This document shows, piece after piece, positions 1-8,139 of a stretch of DNA of 30,338 nucleotides. Position numbers and translations under genes: made by a program. Location: the IMG/VR virus record IMGVR_UViG_3300009426_000024, positions 1-30,338 of that record, one strand, 5' to 3'. The DNA comes from a virus. Lineage: Duplodnaviria > Caudoviricetes. The notes beneath the pieces were generated by a model, which worked only from the letters and a program-made list of their open reading frames with translations, searched no databases and was not told the origin of the DNA. Position 1 is the stretch's first letter. Each line of letters begins with the position of its first letter.

Positions 1-1262
1 CCATTTGTAATTGTAGTGCCGGCGCCCTCGGCGAAATAAGAACCTGCTAACAACGCAATATTACCCGCAACTGGTGCGCTGGCAAGTTCATCTTGTAGGT
101 TAATAGTTGTGCTTAACACGGCCGCGTACTCTGTGGATAAGATGCCGCCTTCCATTTGAATTATGTCGCTGCCGTTTGTTCCATTATTAGTAGTTGAGTT
201 AGTAATGTTAATGGTTACTGCGTCAAGCAACAATAAATTTCCAGTGCAGTATATAATTGGGCGGGTTAAGCCAGTATCCCATGTGCAAGTAATTGTTGAG
301 TTTTGTATTACTGAACCTGACCAGCCCCACGTCGCGTCCGAGTTCCCGCCAAAGAATAGGCGGCCCGTTGTATTCCAAGCAACAGTGTCGAGATAAAAGT
401 TACCAGTCTGGGTGTTTCCAAGTGCTGCAATGCCAGGGAGACCAGTGTTAACAGTCATATTATACAACTGAACATACTGATTATTTCCGGTAGCGATACG
501 ATCAAAGTTTAAAACTGTAGTACCTATACCAGCACCGTAAACTGTAAAGTAATGCGCATTTGCTGGTGGTACGAGCTCCCCAACAGTGGTGTATGTTCCA
601 GCTGCTACTTCAAGCTCAAGGTTGTGTATACCAACGTATGTTGTTTCTGCATACGTAAGTGCATTTTCAATTGTATCAAATGGGTCAGATGCACCTTCAG
701 GGTCAACCGGATTAGCAACTCCAAGCGCACCGTCAACAAAAATATAGACATATCTTTTTGAACGTGTGTTCAAACCAATTACACGTCCTGATGCAGTTAT
801 AGCACCAGTAACTGCTAATGTGGTACCATCCCACGTTAGAGTTGCATCACCTTCAATTGTTCCATCGCCTGTCCATATACCAACTTGATTATCGACAGGT
901 GTACCAATTTTAGTTACATCACCACCGCCTGCTCCTGTCGTCACCGATATAGTTGCCACGCCGCCGACGTCTGTAACAGAAACACTGCTACCAACAAAAT
1001 TAAGGGTGCTTGCTCCTACAACTAATGTTGATCCTTCATCTTGAACATCTGGGCGTACCCCAGTGACAATGCCATTTTCAATATCTGCAATTACTTTTTG
1101 GACGTTTTTTACGTTGGTGCCTAGTCTTGTTGTTACTAGTCCTGCTGAAGGTCCATTTGCTACTGATAGTGCTGAGTCATTGGCAATCGCCGCAAGAACT
1201 GTCCCATCTACATCAACCTGGTTAAGTAGGTCAATTAATTGGTTAATTGTGTTTACTGCCAT
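1..1262 (-). CDS. Tailspike / tail fibre with probable right-handed beta-helix (pectin-lyase-like) domain; 3' end beyond window
   Basis: Not in the ORF track. Manual translation from ATG 1262-1260 (TAATG overlap with the upstream stop) is open to position 1: MAVNTINQLIDLLNQVDVDGTVLAAIANDS...GLVTTRLGTNVKNVQKVIADI...QVGIWTGDGTIEGDATLTWDGTTLAVTG...YIFVDGALG...SDPFDTIENALTYAE...LELEVAAGTY...TVYGAGIGTTVL. 'PFxTIxxAL...I.V..GTY...G.G...T.L' is the usual beta-helix cap. Confidence 0.8.
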   Translation of the reverse strand, partial: MAVNTINQLIDLLNQVDVDGTVLAAIANDSALSVANGPSAGLVTTRLGTNVKNVQKVIADIENGIVTGVRPDVQDEGSTLVVGASTLNFVGSSVSVTDVGGVATISVTTGAGGGDVTKIGTPVDNQVGIWTGDGTIEGDATLTWDGTTLAVTGAITASGRVIGLNTRSKRYVYIFVDGALGVANPVDPEGASDPFDTIENALTYAETTYVGIHNLELEVAAGTYTTVGELVPPANAHYFTVYGAGIGTTVLNFDRIATGNNQYVQLYNMTVNTGLPGIAALGNTQTGNFYLDTVAWNTTGRLFFGGNSDATWGWSGSVIQNSTITCTWDTGLTRPIIYCTGNLLLLDAVTINITNSTTNNGTNGSDIIQMEGGILSTEYAAVLSTTINLQDELASAPVAGNIALLAGSYFAEGAGTTITN

Positions 1263-2704
1263 TATGCTACCGCTCCAATGCTACCTGTTGCATACCAGGT
1301 GTCTGTGGCAACTTTATATAGACGAACTTCGTCCCATTGTCCGGTAAGTGCACCGCTGCCAGTCACTATACCATTAAGAGTAACAGCCGCTCCAGCAGTA
1401 ATACTAGTTGCGCCTGCGCCAATTTGAAGAACACGAATTTCTGTTCCAATTGGGAATGCCGTTGTTGAATTAGGTGGAATGGTGAGCACATTTGCCGCAG
1501 CATTATTCATTGTTACAATGCGTCCGCGATCTGTTAGTGCCGCTGTATATGTTAATCCTATTTGTGGGTTGAATGTCCAGTTACTTAGAACCTCACCACT
1601 TGCATCAATACCACCAGTTACGTTAAGGACGCTACCATCCCAAAGCATTTCAGGCGCGCCGTCAATTGTTCCATCTGCTGTCCAAAACGCTAACTCGGTA
1701 TTTGCAACTGTGTTAAGCTTCTTAATATCTGTGCCCTGGTAAACATAATAAGTGTTTTGTGTGCCAGAGAAAAATAAGACTGCAAAGGTATCATATGGTG
1801 TTGGGCAGATTTCAATTAGTGATTCATTGCCGCCTGCTTCTGGTATTCCATTAATTGTTACTGATGATACACCTTTAATTTGCATTGTTTGATTCGCAAC
1901 CTTCATAAAAGTTGCTACCAATCTAGGTGAGCTCTCAAGTGATGTAGACAGTGGTACTGACCAAGTCACTGTTGCTGCGGCACCCTCGTTGGTAATATAT
2001 GAAAAGTTATCTGATGCTGTTAATGTGCGGTCAACTGCGTCATCTGTGACGTCATTGTTTCTAATTTCAATTTGGGCTTCACCAGCAGTTGGGTTAGTAA
2101 CTTGTAGTCCATCACCAGTTCTAACTGTAAGGGTGGTTGCAGTATAACCTGCTGTTGTGCCGCCAACGTTTTCATTACCAACAATCAATGCATCAATTGC
2201 AGAGACTGGAATGCCGTCAAGTTTTGCGCCGTCGGCTGAAACGTTTCTTCCATCTACATTTCCTGTAACAGCAATATTGCCTGTAATTGAAAATGTAGTG
2301 TTGTCCCACGTTAATCCACTATATCCACGTAACGTTGTACCATCAACCCAAACGGCCAATTCAGATACTGCTGGAGCAAGGGTTGCAGAAAGTGCACCAG
2401 CATCAATATAAGTCATATCAACCCATATTGCGGTGCCTGTACTTGCATCAACACAAACATAAGCTTTATTGGTTGATTCATTAACCCAAATATCGCCTAT
2501 ACCAAATGTACCATTTCCAGCTGTATCAACGCCGTCGTCATTTGCTGTTGGTGCCTGTACATACCCTGTTGAGCGAAAAGTGACACTATCCGCAATATTA
2601 TTCATTTGTGTCCGCATGTCGCTGGCACTAATATCACCAGTAGTGTTGTCTGCAAACAACGTTGTAGTGTTTGATTTGAGTGTGGTACGGTCAATTTGTG
2701 TCAT
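1262..2704 (-). CDS. Tail fibre / adapter protein (480 aa)
   Basis: ORF with late box and AGGA upstream. N-terminal LFADNTTGDISASDMR domain, APTANDD..GDIWVN..AYVCVD module, two 'W..DGT..G...L.WD' modules, and C-terminal YTAALTDRG..TAFPIGT..LYKVATDTW domain typical of phage fibre tips/adapters, with a more diverged internal copy. Confidence 0.75.
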   Translation of the reverse strand: MTQIDRTTLKSNTTTLFADNTTGDISASDMRTQMNNIADSVTFRSTGYVQAPTANDDGVDTAGNGTFGIGDIWVNESTNKAYVCVDASTGTAIWVDMTYIDAGALSATLAPAVSELAVWVDGTTLRGYSGLTWDNTTFSITGNIAVTGNVDGRNVSADGAKLDGIPVSAIDALIVGNENVGGTTAGYTATTLTVRTGDGLQVTNPTAGEAQIEIRNNDVTDDAVDRTLTASDNFSYITNEGAAATVTWSVPLSTSLESSPRLVATFMKVANQTMQIKGVSSVTINGIPEAGGNESLIEICPTPYDTFAVLFFSGTQNTYYVYQGTDIKKLNTVANTELAFWTADGTIDGAPEMLWDGSVLNVTGGIDASGEVLSNWTFNPQIGLTYTAALTDRGRIVTMNNAAANVLTIPPNSTTAFPIGTEIRVLQIGAGATSITAGAAVTLNGIVTGSGALTGQWDEVRLYKVATDTWYATGSIGAVA

Positions 2705-2722
2705 TTTTTAATCCTGTTACTG

Positions 2723-2730
2723 TATTTATA
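2723..2730 (-). promoter_or_regulatory. T4-type late promoter TATAAATA
   Basis: Exact TATAAATA on the minus strand in the intergenic gap, 18 nt upstream of ATG 2704. Confidence 0.75.
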
Positions 2731-2765
2731 TCATTTGAATCATTAAGCCGCACCCTAGCGATTCT

Positions 2766-3611
2766 TTACAACCCAGCTCTCCACATCTCCCCGGCCATAA
2801 AGGTTTGGGCATTGGCTGCGACGGTAAAGGTGAGACTAGCATTGAATGCTTCTACGCGATATTTATGCCCAGCTACTAACGTCCGCATGCCTGTAGATAC
2901 ATTGCCGCCGCGGCTGAGGCCGCGATCGTTCTGCGTTATGCTAGAATACGAGCTGCCGCCGTCTGTAGATACCGACATAAATATTGTCATATCTCTGCCC
3001 ACATCTCCATCATGGTCAATTCCTCCGTAAAATATACCGGACCCTCCACTAAGAAATCCTGGTACTGTATAAACACTAGCGGAAAACCCAGCTGTTGTAT
3101 CAAATTGTACAGTATTAAGATTTGTTAGGGGTTGTGTCACAGCGCCGCCGCTGGCAATTAATTGTGTACTATTAGCAATTGCTCGGAAGTAACCTGTATT
3201 TTCCCAAGTTTGGTTAAGTAGGCGACCAGTAAAGAACGATCTTTCACTATCTTGGACTGTCTGGTTAGTGTTGCTGCTTACTTGAACTCGATATTTGTGT
3301 CCAGTAACTAGAAGTCTAGGTCCTGACTCTAACCACATATTTTGTGAGGTTGATATGTTTGTCTGCTGGTCGAGGTTGTAAACACTTCCACCATCGGTGG
3401 AAAGTTGAAGTGATACATAGCCAATCGGGCTGCCGCCTAATCTTATTCCTATAGAAAAGGTGGCGTATTGTCCATTCCAGTTTGCTGGTACTGTAAAGAC
3501 GCCGCCCGATACAACATTAAAAAGTTCATCGATCTCTCTTTGAAAAGTAATGGTTTCGATAACGCCGCCTGTAACTGATTGGCCTGTAGATTCTACTCTA
3601 AATTGTGTCAT
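2766..3611 (-). CDS. Tandem C1q/TNF-like domain protein (classes A+B, 281 aa), putative virion adhesin subunit
   Basis: Two ~135-aa repeats with FR...Q...F...FTVP..G...F...STDGG...SGP.LL.TG..YRV...F(T/A)G pattern; ATGA overlap with upstream gene. Confidence 0.75.
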   Translation of the reverse strand: MTQFRVESTGQSVTGGVIETITFQREIDELFNVVSGGVFTVPANWNGQYATFSIGIRLGGSPIGYVSLQLSTDGGSVYNLDQQTNISTSQNMWLESGPRLLVTGHKYRVQVSSNTNQTVQDSERSFFTGRLLNQTWENTGYFRAIANSTQLIASGGAVTQPLTNLNTVQFDTTAGFSASVYTVPGFLSGGSGIFYGGIDHDGDVGRDMTIFMSVSTDGGSSYSSITQNDRGLSRGGNVSTGMRTLVAGHKYRVEAFNASLTFTVAANAQTFMAGEMWRAGL

Positions 3612-4558
3612 GGTAGTGTGTATCCTGAAAAATATGTGTTTGGTTGGCTTGCGTCAATTTCTGCACTGTTAGAGTGCATGAATATTGCATATCTGTATAC
3701 TTCACCTACAGCAACTGGTACTGGTCCACTTGTTCCAGTCCAATAATCATCGATTGTACTATTTCCAGTTATCGTCGTAAAGTTAGTTCCGCCGTCAGTT
3801 GAGCGTTGTATTTGCAGTTCCATGTTGTCATTTGCTAATGCTTCAACACCAACATTAAAGACCATGTATGTGCCATCTCGTCCAGGGGGAACAGTAAATC
3901 GATTAGCTGCAAATGCTCCTGCTGTATCAAATTGTACGGTCGTAAATGTCACTTCAGTTGTTGTGCCAGTGCCGCCTGTTGTTTGTGTACCGGAATCTCT
4001 TATTGCTCTAAATGCTAAGAAGGTGTCAACTGGTGGTCCAGTTGACACTGTTTTAAATGTTATTTCTCGATTGAAGGTTGCGTTCGAAGTGTTACCTGAT
4101 ACCCCAAGCAACTGCCAATATATGTAGCCAGTGTCATCTGCTGGAGTGAGTGTTGTAGCAGTTACACCAGAGAAACCTCCCAATGTAAAGTCACCAGACA
4201 TGTCAACCCATGTAGATGCATCGTTTGATGCCTGCCACTTCCAAACACCCAAGCCTGAGGCACCAAACTGATGCCACGAAATCTCATCTATAAACTGCGG
4301 AGCATTCATCTGAAACCGTACATAATTACCGGCGACTGCATAGGTACCGCTGAACCACCATGAGTCATCAGCGTCAATACCGATGAGACCGTCAACCGCA
4401 TTACTAAGTGGCCCAGTAATGATCATGTTAGTGGTACCTGTTATGATTGAAGTTCGATCACCTTGACCGTATTCATTCGTGTAAGCTGTTGTTGGAAGAA
4501 CAGGGGCCGTCCCTGATCCTGATATAATGCCCGAGCGACGGAGAAATGATTTACGCAT
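3608..4558 (-). CDS. Discoidin/F5-8C-like carbohydrate-binding domain + C-terminal C1q-like domain (class C), 316 aa
   Basis: NAVDG...WW...YVRFQM..P..IDEI...WKWQASNDASTWVD...Y.YWQL...EITF resembles a galactose-binding/F5-8C fold; C-terminal FRAIR...NRFTVP...TYFSGY. Confidence 0.7.
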   Translation of the reverse strand: MRKSFLRRSGIISGSGTAPVLPTTAYTNEYGQGDRTSIITGTTNMIITGPLSNAVDGLIGIDADDSWWFSGTYAVAGNYVRFQMNAPQFIDEISWHQFGASGLGVWKWQASNDASTWVDMSGDFTLGGFSGVTATTLTPADDTGYIYWQLLGVSGNTSNATFNREITFKTVSTGPPVDTFLAFRAIRDSGTQTTGGTGTTTEVTFTTVQFDTAGAFAANRFTVPPGRDGTYMVFNVGVEALANDNMELQIQRSTDGGTNFTTITGNSTIDDYWTGTSGPVPVAVGEVYRYAIFMHSNSAEIDASQPNTYFSGYTLP

Positions 4559-4579
4559 GATATAGATACACCTTTATCA

Positions 4580-4587
4580 TATTTATA
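4580..4587 (-). promoter_or_regulatory. T4-type late promoter TATAAATA
   Basis: Exact TATAAATA on the minus strand in the 30-nt gap, followed by AAAGGTG RBS-like sequence and ATG 4558. Confidence 0.75.
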
Positions 4588-4588
4588 C

Positions 4589-5560
4589 TCATATTATGCC
4601 GGACGCATTTCCGCTATCATATATGTCAACTGGACGTGACGATGCAGTGCCTCCATCAATAATATCTGCTGGACGGAACGAGGCTGAGCCCCCATCACCA
4701 GGGCCGTTATCAGGTGGCGGCAAGTATAGCTCGCCAGCGAAAAAAGTCTCGTCGGTTGCGGATGTCGTATATCCGCCAGTGCTAGTGTAGGTTGAGGCTT
4801 GAAATTGATGGCCAGTTGTTAGGGGGAAAGGGCCTGTAGATCCTGTTACAGATGATCCGCTATTTGCATTCTTAGTTAATAATGTATTCCATACTGACCC
4901 GCCGTCTGTAGATACCGATATATAGATAGAAATAGTTTCAAGAATGCCCGGGGGACTATTAGCAACTCCTGCTGTGAAAACCCCGTAACCACCATTTAAA
5001 TCAGCAGGTACAGTGTAAATGTTAGCGGCAAAATTTGCTCCATTGTCAAAGTCCTCTGCACCAAATACAAGTTGTGTCGTGTTCGCGCCACCGTTTGGAA
5101 TTGCCTGGCCAACTGAAGAGTGGGCACGAAAATGTTCTTGCACCTGTGGACTGGCAATCGCAATAACACGTCCTGAGAAAAACGTGCGATCTTGGTCTTC
5201 TATAGATGCAAGGCTTTCGGAAAAATACGTTACCCTGTAAATATCACCAGTGTTGAGAAGAACAGGTCCCGATTGCACTGCAAGGACATTAACTGTGTCA
5301 AATGATTTTCGTGCTATAGTAGTCCAAGCACCGCCACCGTTTGTTGACACTTGGATATCCATATACCCTGTCTCGGTGTTGGCGGTGCGGAACCCAGTGT
5401 AGAATTCGCCGTAATCACCGTTCCAGCTGGCTGGCACTGTGCATCTGTTACTTGCAAAAACTCCGTCCGTATCTGCGTCTACTGTCCCAAAGTTCAGTTC
5501 CGTTAACGTGTTTGCGGTTATTGCTTGGGTTGTTGATGTTGTTGCTCTAAATTGTGTCAT
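4589..5560 (-). CDS. Tandem C1q-like domain protein (A+B) with C-terminal triple DGG repeat, 323 aa
   Basis: Two C1q-like repeats ending TFFSGRV and TFFAGEL, a PPP linker, then 13-aa-period repeat GDGGSAS/IDGGTAS/YDSGNAS; ATGA overlap with upstream gene. Confidence 0.75.
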   Translation of the reverse strand: MTQFRATTSTTQAITANTLTELNFGTVDADTDGVFASNRCTVPASWNGDYGEFYTGFRTANTETGYMDIQVSTNGGGAWTTIARKSFDTVNVLAVQSGPVLLNTGDIYRVTYFSESLASIEDQDRTFFSGRVIAIASPQVQEHFRAHSSVGQAIPNGGANTTQLVFGAEDFDNGANFAANIYTVPADLNGGYGVFTAGVANSPPGILETISIYISVSTDGGSVWNTLLTKNANSGSSVTGSTGPFPLTTGHQFQASTYTSTGGYTTSATDETFFAGELYLPPPDNGPGDGGSASFRPADIIDGGTASSRPVDIYDSGNASGII

Positions 5561-5562
5561 GA
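5526..5562. repeat. Direct repeat copy 1 spanning C|A gene junction
   Basis: 5526-5562 matches 10706-10742 at 36/37 nt (28-nt perfect block TGGGTTGTTGATGTTGTTGCTCTAAATT); weaker similarity continues on both sides. Confidence 0.9.
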
Positions 5563-8121
5563 CGTACTCACATATCCACTAAAGAATGTTAAACTCGTGT
5601 TTTGCATTACAGGGTCGCTGCCGATAATACCGCTCTCTTTTGAGAAGCTCATTCGGTAAATATCACCTGTATTCGCTAATAATGGGCCGCTGGCATAATT
5701 GTCCCATTCGTTGGCATCATCACCGTTGCCAGATACAGTAGTCCAAGCACCGCCTCCGTTTGTTGAAACCTCAAGGTATATTCTTGAATGGCTTGGAACG
5801 AGGACTTCCATCCCTGCTACAAAATTAATATAACTACCATTAATTGCTGCAGGCACAGTAAATCTATTATTAGCGAATGCGTCAAGTGTATCAAATATTT
5901 CTAAGTCAAAAACAATTTCCTCAATAAATGTCTGAGAAATATCAAGCGTCTGTGATGTTGCGCTCTTCTCAGCGCGGAAGCCTATAAAGGCTGGAAGAGG
6001 GGCAGTGAAGTAATAATCATCTAGCGCGGTGGAAACGTCCGCCACTTGCTGGGCAGTGAGAACTTGGTTCCACATGAGAATTTGTCCAACAGTTCCGCCG
6101 TTTGCATTGCCCCATGATCTGCTAGTGCTAAAATCATCCGCAAAAAGAGTATTCAATGCATTTCCAGTTGTAGTGTCGTTGCGGGCGCCGATTGTTGTTT
6201 TTAACAGAGGCAAAACTGTAGATTGGGTGGGGACGTCTATGCCGTCTAAAATTGGAATGCCCGGTTGATTGAGAAAGAGACTACCCTGTCCAGTATCTCC
6301 TACTAGGCCACTGTAGGCTGTGTTTCCGTCAACTAGTCCGGCATAACTTGAAAATGTTGTGTCAGTGCCGTCACCATATGTAGCAATCGTAATCCATGCA
6401 TTAGGGACCAATGGCGCGAATGTAAGTTCGGACCCTACAGCTGGCTTGAAGACTGTTCTACTGCCCCATGTAACATCGGTTACGGCAGTAGATTTTGTTG
6501 TTCCTGCCACAGCGTCATATTCGGCGCCGCCTGTGCCTAGGTTTGTAATAGTTGCAATCTCGCTTCCTGTTCCATAAGTTACATACTCAGGATTATACCA
6601 AATTACCGGGTCAGGTACGCCAGCAGGTATAGCGAACGTGCCAGCTGGTGCCACCCATGGTGCATTGATATCGTACCGGTGTACGTCAATGTCCCAATTA
6701 GTAATGCTTGAACCTGTATTGGAGCAATATCGAATATGTGTCACTTCTCCAGTATTAATAGTGTCTATGCCTGCAAAATTAAAAGCGTCTGTACCTTGCG
6801 AGCCCATGCCTATCTGCGTCACGTGGGCGCCGGCTTGCAAGCCAATAAACGTATTGGTACTTTCTTCACCTGCCCGAAATCCGTTATCAGCAGCATTAAA
6901 GCCTTGCCCAGCTTCATCATGGAAGGTCCATTCTACTGCCACTGTCTCGTATACAGATCCACCGTCGTATGAGACTTCAACATCTACCGCGTTCCCAGAT
7001 GACAGTGTGATTCCTGCATTTGAAATCTCCATCCTGTCAGCACCTTCGACCGGTATTACAACTTTGGATACTGACCCTGATCCAGAAAACTTTTCATGGG
7101 TTGCCGCAAACGCTCGCAACCTTTCTGTAGTCATAAGTCCTTGATCAAACGGTAAACCGCCATTGAGGTTGGAATACCAAAGATGCGTAAAGTTAAGAGG
7201 TCCGGACTGTTGGTGCCGGGAGTTTACACTTGCTGTGTTAGATACAATTGCGCAACTATGTAATATGGCATCTGCAACATTTAAGTTAGAGTGTCTAAGC
7301 ACGCCCCAGTGTGGGCTGGCGCTAAAGCTAAAATTAACCCCAGTTTGTCCTAAATTAGTAAGCCGTCCCTGTACAGTGGCGGAAACGTCATAAATCAACA
7401 GGGACCCAGCGCCAAACGTTGTGGTAGGTGCGCCGTTGTTGTCACTGGGTGTAAATTGGAATCTTCCGCCCGGGCTACTGTTAACGTTTTGGTAAGTTGT
7501 GTTTACAAAGTGTGAGTCTCCCATATCTTGGTACGTAGGAGCAGACACTGCAAAGTTAATGGCAGTCTCTGTTATACGCTCTTCGTATAGTATCTTAATG
7601 ACCTGCATTTTGCCTACGCCTTGAATGTTGGCAAGCTTCATGACACGAACTGTTAAAATCTCTGTGGTGCTGTTTACAATTGCTGCGGTCTGATCGCCAA
7701 TTCCTGCTGATTGATATGCTGAAGCATACACACCTGCGCTAAAACCTGTGAAGATATAAGAGTTAAAACCGACAGCGGTGGTGCCCGAAGTCATAATAAA
7801 TTCAGAGCGTCCTGTTCCTGCTATACCATCACCTGACGCATTCCACTGCCACTGATTATAGTCGGACGCACCGTTTATAATACCGCCTGCGTCAAAAAAG
7901 TTGCCTTCAAGGAATGTTGACGTTACATAGGACAATGACGAACGCCACCCATCAAAGAACTGCACATATAGCTCATGGCAATCAGTTACATCAATGTCAA
8001 GATCATCTTGCGTAGCAGTGGAAAGGTCCACTGTGTAGGCTGTTACCCTGCCTAGTTGCTCAGGACCCGCGCCTGCGCGACGACGTCCACTTGAACCTAT
8101 AAATGCTCCTAGTAAACTCAT
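5557..8121 (-). CDS. Multidomain virion adhesin (854 aa): N-terminal beta-rich repeats, LamG/ConA-like domain, C-terminal C1q-like domain (class C)
   Basis: PVIWYNP...ITNLGTGG..YDA...VGQILMWNQVLTAQQV...L..YY is LamG-like; C-terminal FRAEKS...NRFTVP...TFFSGY. Confidence 0.7.
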   Translation of the reverse strand: MSLLGAFIGSSGRRRAGAGPEQLGRVTAYTVDLSTATQDDLDIDVTDCHELYVQFFDGWRSSLSYVTSTFLEGNFFDAGGIINGASDYNQWQWNASGDGIAGTGRSEFIMTSGTTAVGFNSYIFTGFSAGVYASAYQSAGIGDQTAAIVNSTTEILTVRVMKLANIQGVGKMQVIKILYEERITETAINFAVSAPTYQDMGDSHFVNTTYQNVNSSPGGRFQFTPSDNNGAPTTTFGAGSLLIYDVSATVQGRLTNLGQTGVNFSFSASPHWGVLRHSNLNVADAILHSCAIVSNTASVNSRHQQSGPLNFTHLWYSNLNGGLPFDQGLMTTERLRAFAATHEKFSGSGSVSKVVIPVEGADRMEISNAGITLSSGNAVDVEVSYDGGSVYETVAVEWTFHDEAGQGFNAADNGFRAGEESTNTFIGLQAGAHVTQIGMGSQGTDAFNFAGIDTINTGEVTHIRYCSNTGSSITNWDIDVHRYDINAPWVAPAGTFAIPAGVPDPVIWYNPEYVTYGTGSEIATITNLGTGGAEYDAVAGTTKSTAVTDVTWGSRTVFKPAVGSELTFAPLVPNAWITIATYGDGTDTTFSSYAGLVDGNTAYSGLVGDTGQGSLFLNQPGIPILDGIDVPTQSTVLPLLKTTIGARNDTTTGNALNTLFADDFSTSRSWGNANGGTVGQILMWNQVLTAQQVADVSTALDDYYFTAPLPAFIGFRAEKSATSQTLDISQTFIEEIVFDLEIFDTLDAFANNRFTVPAAINGSYINFVAGMEVLVPSHSRIYLEVSTNGGGAWTTVSGNGDDANEWDNYASGPLLANTGDIYRMSFSKESGIIGSDPVMQNTSLTFFSGYVSTS

Positions 8122-8139
8122 ATTATGATTTGCCTGCCA

